A DNA stretch of 33,360 nt, taken from IMG/VR virus record IMGVR_UViG_3300005764_003243, positions 1 to 33,360 of that record; one strand, given 5' to 3'. The translations under genes and the position numbers were made by a program. Source of the stretch: a virus. Its lineage: Duplodnaviria; Caudoviricetes. The stretch's first letter is position 1. Every line of letters starts with the position of its first letter. Under the pieces are notes generated by a model. It was not told the origin of the DNA, did not search any database, and worked only from the letters and a program-made list of their open reading frames with translations. Positions 7,065 through 15,067 of this stretch are shown one piece after another.

Positions 7065-7762
7065 TAGCCTAGTTGGTCATGGGCGAGGTCGCGAAAGAAT
7101 CCCGGGCCGGCGGAGCTAACCGCCGTGATCCGCCCGCCGCCCTCGATAGTCGGGCGGAGCGCTACCCAAGTCTCGTAAGCGTGCTCCCAAAATGACACCT
7201 CGTCGGCAAGCACCGACGTAAACGTATGTTGCCGCGCTTGCTCCTCGCCCTCGCCGAGTGCGACGATTTCCGAGCCATTCGGAAAGCGCAGCAAGCCGAT
7301 GCTGTACTCGCATTCGACGGCGGGTAACGACGCCGGCGTATGCCGGTGGATAAAATGCGCCCGGCGTACCAGCTCGCACGAGCCCTCGGTTTCGGTTCTT
7401 CCCAATTTGCGCGCCATGAACGCGCATTTGCTGAGCGGCGTGAACCGGGCAAGCCAATAGTTCACCGCGACAAATAGCCACGTAACGACCATGCGCCGCG
7501 ACTTCGCGACGACGACGATCGGGTGCGACTGCCACCGGCGCACGAGTAGCTCGGCATACTCATGCGGCGGGTAGCGCCTGACTTGCCCCGTTGCCTCGTC
7601 GCGCGTCCATACGCAGTCGCGCACAAACGCCCACGGGTCGCCATGCGCCCCGTAGTCGGCCGTCGCCTTGCGCTGCTCAAGGGCGAGGCGCGCCGCGGCC
7701 CGCACGGCTAGAGGATGGTCGGGGCCGAGCACGCGCCCGGCGGCGGGCGGCGTTTCAGGCAT
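7064..7762 (-). CDS. terL: Terminase large subunit, N-terminal ATPase domain as a stand-alone gene
   Basis: VVVAKSRRMVVTW (terminase Walker A variant), LRFPNGSEIVAL, SVLADEVSFW (Walker B), ITAVSSA (motif C); ends at ...FFRDLAHDQLG with no nuclease domain. Confidence 0.85.
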   Translation of the reverse strand: MPETPPAAGRVLGPDHPLAVRAAARLALEQRKATADYGAHGDPWAFVRDCVWTRDEATGQVRRYPPHEYAELLVRRWQSHPIVVVAKSRRMVVTWLFVAVNYWLARFTPLSKCAFMARKLGRTETEGSCELVRRAHFIHRHTPASLPAVECEYSIGLLRFPNGSEIVALGEGEEQARQHTFTSVLADEVSFWEHAYETWVALRPTIEGGGRITAVSSAGPGFFRDLAHDQLG

Positions 7763-8597
7763 GCGCGGCGGCAAGCTCTTTAATGGCGTTCACGAGGGCA
7801 ACCAAAATCGGGTGCATATCGAAAACTAAGACCTCGGTTTCCTCGTCGTCGGCGGGGTCGAGCTTCATGCGCCCGAGCGACACGCATTCGGGAAAGATGG
7901 CGCGCACCTTCTCGGCGTCGAAACCGTAACAGAGGGGGCCGTCGGGGTCGCTCTTTAGGTGATAGGAGATTGGTTCAAGCCCGAGAATTTCGGCGAGCCC
8001 CGCGGCGTATGGTCCGACGTCTTGCTTCAGCCGGGGGTCGGATGGATTCGCCCATGTGGTGCCGCTCGCCTTGGTCGCCGTCGCCCCGGCGATGGTGAGA
8101 TTGCCGCTGGCATCGAGCGTAAAGAGGTTCGTCGCCGGTGCGACGCCAGCGGTGCCGTGCAGCACGATCATCGTGTCGGAGCCCGAGTGCAGTTCAAGTG
8201 CCCACGTTGCTTTTGTAGCGTCATCCACTACGCCGTTAGTCGAGACATTTGCGCGCAGTGCAAGCCCGGGATTACCAGAACCAAAGACCCCAAAATGCGC
8301 CTTGGTGCCGACGGATGCTTGGTTGAGCGCGACGCCATCGCCCACCGACGTGAGCACGGCAACCGTCTTCGTTGTATCGGTGGGCACGAGCGTTGTCCCC
8401 GAAACACTCCAAGGGAGGGCGGAGGGTTTGATGGTCGGATTCGGGTACGTCCCTTGTAAATCACCGCCCGCCGCCGCGCCGGTCGAGAGCACGCCTGAGG
8501 TCGTCCACGTCGTACCGTCGTACGTGTACACGACGCCATTAGGCGCGGAATACTGCTGCCCGTTCGTCGGCGAATTCGGGAAGTCCAGCGCAGCCAT
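7755..8597 (-). CDS. Fibre/spike protein with C-terminal intramolecular chaperone (peptidase S74)
   Basis: SDPRLKQDV...GFDAEKV...FPECV...LVNAIKEL; GGDLQGTYPNP motif. Confidence 0.85.
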   Translation of the reverse strand: MAALDFPNSPTNGQQYSAPNGVVYTYDGTTWTTSGVLSTGAAAGGDLQGTYPNPTIKPSALPWSVSGTTLVPTDTTKTVAVLTSVGDGVALNQASVGTKAHFGVFGSGNPGLALRANVSTNGVVDDATKATWALELHSGSDTMIVLHGTAGVAPATNLFTLDASGNLTIAGATATKASGTTWANPSDPRLKQDVGPYAAGLAEILGLEPISYHLKSDPDGPLCYGFDAEKVRAIFPECVSLGRMKLDPADDEETEVLVFDMHPILVALVNAIKELAAAHA

Positions 8598-8600
8598 TCG

Positions 8601-8873
8601 TTACCCCATGTTGATCGGCACCCATTGGGTCGAGGTGCCGTCGTTGTAGTAAATAAAGAGCTTCCCGCTATCGCTCCGCCACCACAATTGCCCGACGACG
8701 GGCGACGCCGGCGCCGTAACACCAATCGACGCGAGTCCAGGTCTGACCCATGCCGAGCCATTGGATACGTACAACGCTTGCTCAGCCGTATTAAAATACG
8801 TGTCGCCTGAGAGTCCGACGGCGGGCGCGCTCGCGTAGGGTGCGGCGTTCGTCGTGCCGTACGCGCGTGGCAT
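8601..8873 (-). CDS. Small virion fibre/adapter protein made of two short beta modules
   Basis: GDTYFNTAEQALYVSNGSAWV and GQLWWRSDSGKLFIYYNDGTSTQWV. Confidence 0.7.
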   Translation of the reverse strand: MPRAYGTTNAAPYASAPAVGLSGDTYFNTAEQALYVSNGSAWVRPGLASIGVTAPASPVVGQLWWRSDSGKLFIYYNDGTSTQWVPINMG

Positions 8874-8875
8874 TG

Positions 8876-10105
8876 TTAGCCGACGACGACGACGCGGTAC
8901 CCGGCGCCGAGGTTTGGATTGTAGCGCACGGTTACGCTGTTGACGCTCGTCGCGTCCCAATCGACCTCGACCGCCGTATAGGGCGAGGCGCCATTCAAGA
9001 CGGTTACCTCGACGTCGCGCGTGTTCAAATTGTGGGTTACGACCTCGGGCGACGCCGTGCCCGTGAGCGCGCCGGCGTATTTCTTCGCCATGCCGGTAAT
9101 GGCAGTCGTGACGTAGCTTTGCGTCGCAATGACGGTCGTATCGACCGCCACCGTATCGGCCGCAACGGTAATGCCGGTGCCCGCGCCGACGTCGAATGTG
9201 TTACCCGTGAGCGTGAGCCCGGCGCCGCCGACGTATGCCGTAGGGCCGCCAAACTGTACCCAGGTAAGCGCCGTCGTGCCGACGGTAATCGGCGCGTCGG
9301 TTGTCATGACCCAAGCCGTGTCTTTGTTAACGGTACCTTCCGACACAAACACGGCGGCGTTTAAGAGGTCGCCCGCCGCGGCGGCGTCGGTGGCTCGAGC
9401 CCATGCGCCCGACGCTGCTATCCATATCCCATTTTCCGCCGGCGCGGTTTGGTTCTTGAGTAATACGCGGTCGTTCGCGATTGGCGTTACGCCGTCGATA
9501 GCGACGAGCCCGGTAAGTGCGACGTTCGCAGTCGACGCCACGCGCGCGGTATCTTTCCACGAGAGCCCGCTAATGGCGCCGTCAACGTACGCTTTCGTCG
9601 TCGCGTCGGTGCCCGCCGTCGGCGTCCCGAGGCTCGTGATCTTCTGCCCGTTCATGTTGAGCGCAGCAATCGGAACGGCAAGCGACGAGATGGAGATTGA
9701 GGTATGCGCGTTGCCGTCGTGCACGGGATTGCCGTGCGTGTGATCCGAGCGCGCAATCGTCGCGGCACTCCCGTTCGCCCCCGCAACGCCGAAAGTCTGC
9801 TCAGTCGTGATGGCGCCGAAAGCGGGCTCCCCATGCTTGTGGTCTTCCCGCGCGTAGTTTGTGCTCGTGCCGACAACCGGCGCGTCACCAATCGCTTGCG
9901 TCGTTACCGTCGTCGCCGGGCTTAGCGCCCCCGCCGACTTGGCGGCGACCCATTGCGTTCCGTCGTACCAATAGAGCGTGTTATCGGCGCTATTAAAGTA
10001 GAGGAGCCCTTTCACCGGGCTTGCGGGCGCCGAGCCGAGATTCTGTACGACTGCGTTACGCAGCTCGTTTTTAACGAGGTCGACGGCGCCGTAAATGGTC
10101 GGCAT
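8876..10105 (-). CDS. Virion fibre/head-decoration protein
   Basis: DATTKAYVD, DRVLLKNQTAPAENGIW...WARATD, C-terminal THNL domain; Thr/Ala/Gly-rich. Confidence 0.8.
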   Translation of the reverse strand: MPTIYGAVDLVKNELRNAVVQNLGSAPASPVKGLLYFNSADNTLYWYDGTQWVAAKSAGALSPATTVTTQAIGDAPVVGTSTNYAREDHKHGEPAFGAITTEQTFGVAGANGSAATIARSDHTHGNPVHDGNAHTSISISSLAVPIAALNMNGQKITSLGTPTAGTDATTKAYVDGAISGLSWKDTARVASTANVALTGLVAIDGVTPIANDRVLLKNQTAPAENGIWIAASGAWARATDAAAAGDLLNAAVFVSEGTVNKDTAWVMTTDAPITVGTTALTWVQFGGPTAYVGGAGLTLTGNTFDVGAGTGITVAADTVAVDTTVIATQSYVTTAITGMAKKYAGALTGTASPEVVTHNLNTRDVEVTVLNGASPYTAVEVDWDATSVNSVTVRYNPNLGAGYRVVVVG

Positions 10106-10114
10106 GCCAGCCCC

Positions 10115-11050
10115 CTAACTTAAATACGCCTCGCCCGCGACCGCCGCCGAGAACGTTAGTTGCACCGCGGTTGCGCTCGTGTAGTCGACGGCCCCGGGCC
10201 ATATCTCGCGGCCCGTCGAATCGACCGCCGCGACATTCGGGCGGAAAGAGAGATTATGCGTAATCGCCCAAGTCGTCGCCGCCGACGCTTGCACATGACG
10301 ATAGGACATTTGCGCCGCCGTACCCGTGCGGTTGAAGTCAACGAGCACGTCGGCGTTATTCGCCGGCACGCCGCCGGTGCCATTGGCGAGCACCGTCACG
10401 GGTACTTCAAACCATGTCGTATGGTCGATCAATGCAGCGCTAACCTGAAACTTGCCCCATTTGGTCGAGTCGGTTTGCTGCTGTGCTAGGATGACATCAC
10501 CGACGGCAGTCGTGAGAAATATGTTTCGGGTATCGGCGCCGGCCGTTGTTTGCGTCGAAAAGCGCAGCATGGTCGGCGCGCCTACAATGTCGGGGGCAAT
10601 GTTGCCGTTGCCCGGGTCAGTCGTGCCGCCCGTCGCCTTGTAATTCCATACGCCCGAAAGCCCGGCGCCGCCCGCGGCCCCCGGGTCGCCTTTTATGGTC
10701 GGCGTCGCCGGTACCCATTGCGTCGAGTTGCCGTCGTCGTAGTAGACAAAGAGCCGGCCGTCGGGGTCGCTCCGCCACCACATGTCGCCGACGGCGGGCG
10801 ACGCGGGCGGCGTCGGGCCGACGTGGACGCTCGCGCCGCCGCCGCCAGTCGGCGTTACCCATGCCGTCGCGTAGTCGGTCGCCGACGTTTTCTCGAGTAC
10901 CTGGCCCGACGTGCCGCCGGCGGGCACCCCTGGCCCCGCCGGCCCGGTCGGCCCGGGCGGTCCTTGTGGCCCCGGCGCGCCGCCGCCGGCGCCACCGGTG
11001 CGCCGCGGCGGGCGTATCTGCGGCGGGCGGGGGCCGGTTACCGAATCCAT
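10115..11050 (-). CDS. Fibre protein with short collagen-like repeat
   Basis: GPQGPPGPTGPAGP, GVPAGGTSGQVLEK, GDMWWRSD module, C-terminal WAITHNL domain. Confidence 0.8.
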   Translation of the reverse strand: MDSVTGPRPPQIRPPRRTGGAGGGAPGPQGPPGPTGPAGPGVPAGGTSGQVLEKTSATDYATAWVTPTGGGGASVHVGPTPPASPAVGDMWWRSDPDGRLFVYYDDGNSTQWVPATPTIKGDPGAAGGAGLSGVWNYKATGGTTDPGNGNIAPDIVGAPTMLRFSTQTTAGADTRNIFLTTAVGDVILAQQQTDSTKWGKFQVSAALIDHTTWFEVPVTVLANGTGGVPANNADVLVDFNRTGTAAQMSYRHVQASAATTWAITHNLSFRPNVAAVDSTGREIWPGAVDYTSATAVQLTFSAAVAGEAYLS

Positions 11051-11056
11051 TCCGAG

Positions 11057-11266
11057 CTAGGGGTAGATCCCGAGCCCCGCCGCGTCTAGCTCGAGCAGGA
11101 TAGCGGCCGCCCGGATCACCCGGAGCCTCGCCGGCGGGTCGAGGGGCTCGAGGATGGCGATTACCTTTCGGGCGACGGCGTGCAGCTCGGGGCGCCGCTC
11201 GAGGGCCGCCGTCGGCGCGGGCGTCGGCCCATTGTCGCCAAACGCCAAGGGCTCGTTTGCTTCCAT
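11057..11266 (-). CDS. Hypothetical protein (69 aa), leaderless
   Basis: TAGGCA-N17-TACAAG-N6-ATG; helical ...KVIAILEPLDPPARLRVIRAAAILL. Confidence 0.55.
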   Translation of the reverse strand: MEANEPLAFGDNGPTPAPTAALERRPELHAVARKVIAILEPLDPPARLRVIRAAAILLELDAAGLGIYP

Positions 11267-11298
11267 GCGGCGCTTGTAGCGCCTCACACGGCGTGTGC

Positions 11299-11952
11299 CT
11301 AGCCAGCGCTCGCTTCGATGGCGTCGCGGCGGAGGACGCACGCATCGCAACGCCCACATGAGCCAGCGCCGGTCAGCAGCGTACGCGGGCGGTAACACGA
11401 CCATGTCGCGGCGAGGTCGATAGCCATGCGCCGGGCGAGCGCCACGACATCGCGCTTAGACAGCTCGACGAGCGGTGCCACGACATGCACGGGGCGCCCG
11501 AGCGCATGGCTCGCCATGTCTTGCCACGCGAGCAGAAAGGGCGGGCGGCAATCGGGAAACCCGGCGGCGTCGTCGCCATTGGCACCAATCCAAATGGAAT
11601 CGGCGCCGTTGATTCCGGCGACCGCCAGCGCCGCGGCGAGAAAGCACACGTTCCGCCCGGGTAAAAACGCATCGCTCACGCCGCCGCTTTTCATGGCGTA
11701 AATATCCCGGTCGCTTGCCGTCGTGCCACGGGCGAGCGGTAGGAGCTTCCACGGGGCCGGGTCGAGCTGCACGCCGAAGAACGCCACGCCCGCCGCGGCG
11801 GCAATGCGCCGGGCGCACGTCAGCTCGATTATGTGGCGCTGCCCGTACGCCACGCCGACGGCAGTCGTTTGGTCGGCCCCGTCACGCCAGCACGCGAGCC
11901 CGAGCGCCACGGTTGAGTCAATGCCGCCCGAGAGCAAGACGACGTTACGCAT
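11299..11952 (-). CDS. queC: 7-cyano-7-deazaguanine synthase QueC
   Basis: VVLLSGGIDS (PP-loop), YGQRH..E, PGRN, FPDCR, PLVELSK, TWSCY...CGRCDAC Zn site. Confidence 0.92.
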   Translation of the reverse strand: MRNVVLLSGGIDSTVALGLACWRDGADQTTAVGVAYGQRHIIELTCARRIAAAAGVAFFGVQLDPAPWKLLPLARGTTASDRDIYAMKSGGVSDAFLPGRNVCFLAAALAVAGINGADSIWIGANGDDAAGFPDCRPPFLLAWQDMASHALGRPVHVVAPLVELSKRDVVALARRMAIDLAATWSCYRPRTLLTGAGSCGRCDACVLRRDAIEASAG

Positions 11953-12556
11953 AGAGCAATAAGCCCCCTTGCCGCCGCGCCGGCTCCAATTCTGCCAGGG
12001 TCGCGGCGTAGCGCGTGACGCTCGTGCCGTCGAACGACTGCGCGCCGGCGGCATGGCACCGCGCGATGCGCCGTTGCGTGTTGACGCGCCCGACGTGCAG
12101 ATAACAGCCGATCTTCGCCGCGACGCCGCCCCAATAGCCGAGCGTGTCGAGCTTCCATGCCGTCGTGCCGCCGATGAAAAGCCCGACGTTCTCGCCGAGC
12201 AGCGGCACGACGTCGGCGGGGTCGACACCATCCTGCACCGGTACCAGCACGAGGCGCGTGTACCCGCAAAGAAACGGGAGCCACGTACGGCTCCGCCGAA
12301 TCGACGCCGCCCCGGCGCCGACGATATCGGGCAGCACGACGAAATCGGCCCCGCTTCCGAGCTGCCGCACGGCGTCTAAGAAGGGGTCAGGATCCCACGC
12401 GACGCCGCGGCGGTACGCGCTCCAAGCGCCGTTATCGAGCGCGTAGCGCATGCCCTCGGTGCGTATGCACGCCGGCGTCACGAGCAAGCGCCATCCGGCG
12501 GCGCGCAAGGCGTCTAGGTTGCGCCGAGTACCCGTGCGACTGGCGTAGCCGATCAT
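11945..12556 (-). CDS. TGT-fold/DpdA-like guanine transglycosylase candidate
   Basis: YALDNGAW, VLPDIVG, VPVQDG, LFIGG, HVGRVN, SFDGTS parallel the TGT/DpdA DSGxF, D, QG, GG, H, S.D motifs; overlaps the queC start. Confidence 0.7.
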   Translation of the reverse strand: MIGYASRTGTRRNLDALRAAGWRLLVTPACIRTEGMRYALDNGAWSAYRRGVAWDPDPFLDAVRQLGSGADFVVLPDIVGAGAASIRRSRTWLPFLCGYTRLVLVPVQDGVDPADVVPLLGENVGLFIGGTTAWKLDTLGYWGGVAAKIGCYLHVGRVNTQRRIARCHAAGAQSFDGTSVTRYAATLAELEPARRQGGLLLYA

Positions 12557-12795
12557 TGCTCGAGCGCCTCCGCGTCCATGAGCGCGCCCAAGTACGCGAC
12601 CATACCGCGCAGCACCGTGCCCGCATGCGTCCCGAGCATCCTCGAGGCGCCCCACCAAGGCTCGAGCCCGCCCGAGGCGTCGGCGGTGATGATGGCAACC
12701 GCGCGCACCTCGCCCGCCTCGACGGCGCGCATTAGCCCCTCGAGCGCCGCCTTGACCCCGGCGCCATCCTCGAGCGGCACGACGCGAGCGCTCAC
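12553..12795 (-). CDS. Hypothetical protein
   Basis: GTG start; coupled by 4-nt overlaps at both ends. Confidence 0.55.
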   Translation of the reverse strand: MSARVVPLEDGAGVKAALEGLMRAVEAGEVRAVAIITADASGGLEPWWGASRMLGTHAGTVLRGMVAYLGALMDAEALEQ

Positions 12796-12989
12796 GCCTC
12801 GGGCTCCTCGAGGCGCTCGCCCCTGCATAGCGCCTCGCCCCACTTGAGCGTTGCGTGGCACGCTTGCCGCGCCGCCTCGACGTCGGCGATCCGGTCGGTA
12901 CGGGCGGCGGGTAGCCAACCAAAATCAAGCGCCCGGCGGAGCGCCGCGACGACGACGCCGAGCGTATGCAAATCGACCGGCTCGCTCAT
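12792..12989 (-). CDS. Hypothetical protein
   Basis: ATGA-coupled within the operon. Confidence 0.5.
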   Translation of the reverse strand: MSEPVDLHTLGVVVAALRRALDFGWLPAARTDRIADVEAARQACHATLKWGEALCRGERLEEPEA

Positions 12990-13165
12990 CGCTCGCCCTC
13001 GAGGTCGCGCAAGGCGCGATAGAGCGCGACCCTAAAAAGCCCGAGCGCCTCGTGCTCGAGCTGCTCGCGCCCGTCGGAATCTATCGCCCCCCGCGCCGCC
13101 GCCGTCGCCCGCCCGCGCTCGACCTCGACCCGTACGGTTACAAAGTACCGCCCCTCGAGGCTCAT
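12986..13165 (-). CDS. Hypothetical protein (59 aa)
   Basis: MSLEGRYFVTVRVEV...; ATGA-coupled. Confidence 0.5.
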   Translation of the reverse strand: MSLEGRYFVTVRVEVERGRATAAARGAIDSDGREQLEHEALGLFRVALYRALRDLEGER

Positions 13166-13371
13166 TGTAGGCACCGGTGCGCCCGCCATCGCGTATACCA
13201 CTCGTCGGCGACGTCGGGCGGGTCGCGTCGGGTATCTATGCCGAGCTGATAGACCAGGGCGCCGCAAGTGTCGCAATGCACCGTCAAGCGCAAACACTCG
13301 TCGCCTAGCTCGTCGTTCTCCTCGTAGACGACAAGCGGGCGCCGCCGCGCCGGCTCGACCGTGATACTCAT
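13162..13371 (-). CDS. Small putative Zn-binding protein
   Basis: HCDTCG...AHRC; ATGA-coupled to the TerS-like gene. Confidence 0.55.
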   Translation of the reverse strand: MSITVEPARRRPLVVYEENDELGDECLRLTVHCDTCGALVYQLGIDTRRDPPDVADEWYTRWRAHRCLQ

Positions 13372-14039
13372 TCGCCCCCGGGCAGATACCCGGCGACCCC
13401 GCGGAACCGCTCCGGCCACTCGCCGCCGGTGGCAAGGCGCTCTAGCTCGTCGTCGCTCATTTGCTCGAAAAGGTGCGCATGCATAACCGCCTTGCGCTCG
13501 ACCTTGTCGCCCGACACGGTTAGCAGCAGCTCGCCCGCCCGCAGCGCATCCGAGTCGCGCCGCGCTCGCCCCCGCCGCTCGCCCGTCGCCTTGTCTTTCA
13601 TGCCGCCCGCCAATTCGGCGACGTGCTCGATTACCGCCGGCGCCGCCGCCTTTGCCGTCGCCTGCACGCCATACTCGCCCCGCAAGATTCGGTCGACTTG
13701 CTCGGCTCGTATCAGCTCGACGATTCGCTTAACCGCCGGATGCTGCAACGCCTTGGCAGCATTCGACACGTTCGCCCATCCAATCGCCCCCGCGATCGAG
13801 CGCAAGTCGTAGCCCCCGAGGTGCAGCATCGCGACCGTCCAATGCCGCGCCGACGCCGAGCGCCGTAGCTCCTCGAGGCTTAACCCTGGTACCGACTCGA
13901 GCCAGCGCCGCGCCTCGGCCCGCTTCTCGTCGCGCGATAACCGCGCCGCCCGCCGCATGTGCGCAAGCCGCTCGACGACAACCGCCACCGATGGCCCCGG
14001 GTGCCGTTGCACTCCCGACCCCGTGCGCTCGTCGCTCAT
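13368..14039 (-). CDS. terS: Terminase small subunit-like protein
   Basis: HTH-like GYDLRSIAGAIGWANVSNAAKALQHPAVK, helical core, ALRAGELLL..SGDKVERK and MSDDELERL tail; first gene of the operon containing the TerL ATPase. Confidence 0.6.
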   Translation of the reverse strand: MSDERTGSGVQRHPGPSVAVVVERLAHMRRAARLSRDEKRAEARRWLESVPGLSLEELRRSASARHWTVAMLHLGGYDLRSIAGAIGWANVSNAAKALQHPAVKRIVELIRAEQVDRILRGEYGVQATAKAAAPAVIEHVAELAGGMKDKATGERRGRARRDSDALRAGELLLTVSGDKVERKAVMHAHLFEQMSDDELERLATGGEWPERFRGVAGYLPGGE

Positions 14040-14047
14040 GCCCGCCG

Positions 14048-14076
14048 CCGCTACCATGGCCCGCGGCCCTTGCCTA
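14048..14076 (-). promoter_or_regulatory. Candidate promoter TAGGCA-N17-TAGCGG for the leftward operon
   Basis: Same geometry recurs at 5408, 11301 and 18485. Confidence 0.45.
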
Positions 14077-14207
14077 GCCGGCGTGTTCAGACTCGAGCCG
14101 GTCGGCATGCGGCGGCGACTGAACCTCGAGGGCCGCAGCGTTTAGCTCCGGGCCGCCGCGCCTCGGCGAGCACCGGGCTCGACGGCCGCTCGCTGCCGCT
14201 CGCTGAC

Positions 14208-14370
14208 CCCCACGCTGCGCGTGGGGCTCGCGGCCTGGCTGGCTAGCTGGCTAGCGAGCCAGCCAGCCGGGATGCGGGAACCCGCGCCCCGCGCGGGCTT
14301 CCCGCCCTGCCTGGCCAAGGCAGGCCAGGGCTAGCAGGCTAGCCCTGGCTAGCTAGCAGCCTAGCCTGCT
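14208..14370. repeat. Array of closely spaced inverted repeats (at least five hairpins)
   Basis: CCCCACGC/GCGTGGGG; CTGGCTGGCT/AGCCAGCCAG; GCGGGAA-CCCGCGC/GCGCGGG-C-TTCCCGC; CCTGCCT/AGGCAGG; CCAGGGCTAGC/GCTAGCCCTGG. Confidence 0.8.
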
Positions 14371-14940
14371 CCCGGCACATCTGCCTGACAGTGCGCTATG
14401 GCACCCCGCATGGCCGGGGCGAGCGAGGCGTAAGCCGAGCGGCCATAGCCCGCGCGGCGTAACTCTTCCGCCGCGTTTGGGTAGCAAGCTAGGGCGCTAG
14501 GTACCGCCTCCCGTTGGTCGGGCTCCGGGGTCTTGCCGGGCTTGGCCAGCTCGGACCCCCCCCTAGTCCCCCCCCAATCGGGCGGTGAGACTAGGCGAGT
14601 GTGAGTCGAGGTATGGCGTAGAGGCGGGTCGTCCGCATGCGCTCGGGGCTATGGGGGGGGTGCAGAAGAGGGGAAACGCGATACCCCATAGCCGGAACCC
14701 CCCTGGTCCCGAGGCGGGGGAATACAGGCGGCCGTTACGTAGCTTCTTTCGATCCCGCGCCGCCTACCGTTGCGGTCCGAGGGACCGAACGCCCGTAGAG
14801 GGCCAACACACTCGCCAGCTCGACGGATTTCCCGACCGTCGGCACCCGTGACTCGTGCTTGTGCGCTTTGCGAGGGGGGTACGTCAATGCATAACGCGTT
14901 ATGCACCTTTGTAAGAAAGGGCATGCTGCCCCCGCCTCGA

Positions 14941-14971
14941 GGGCTAGACTCGGGCTAATGGCGTGCTAGGG
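14941..14971 (+). promoter_or_regulatory. Repeated promoter-like element, copy 1
   Basis: 25/31 identical to 22635..22665; heads the rightward operon. Confidence 0.6.
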
Positions 14972-15067
14972 GCTCGGCTCCGCCATGCGACGGGCGGGCG
15001 CTCGAGGGGGCGACGATGGATGCTCGGCCGCCCCGACACACCGAGTCAAACCCTCGAGTGGCCCGCC

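Noticed and set aside
11299-12556. Qat or type IV CBASS defence operon
   Set aside because: No QatA ATPase, TatD, CD-NTase or effector genes adjacent; the module lies in a phage morphogenesis operon
14208-14370. CRISPR array or rho-independent terminators
   Set aside because: The stems differ in sequence, have no regular spacers and lack U-tracts
14109-14958. ORFs 14585..14851, 14649..14924, 14770..14958 and 13959..14246
   Set aside because: No recognisable motifs or coupling, and they cross homopolymer and hairpin DNA; treated as non-coding, though small genes cannot be excluded
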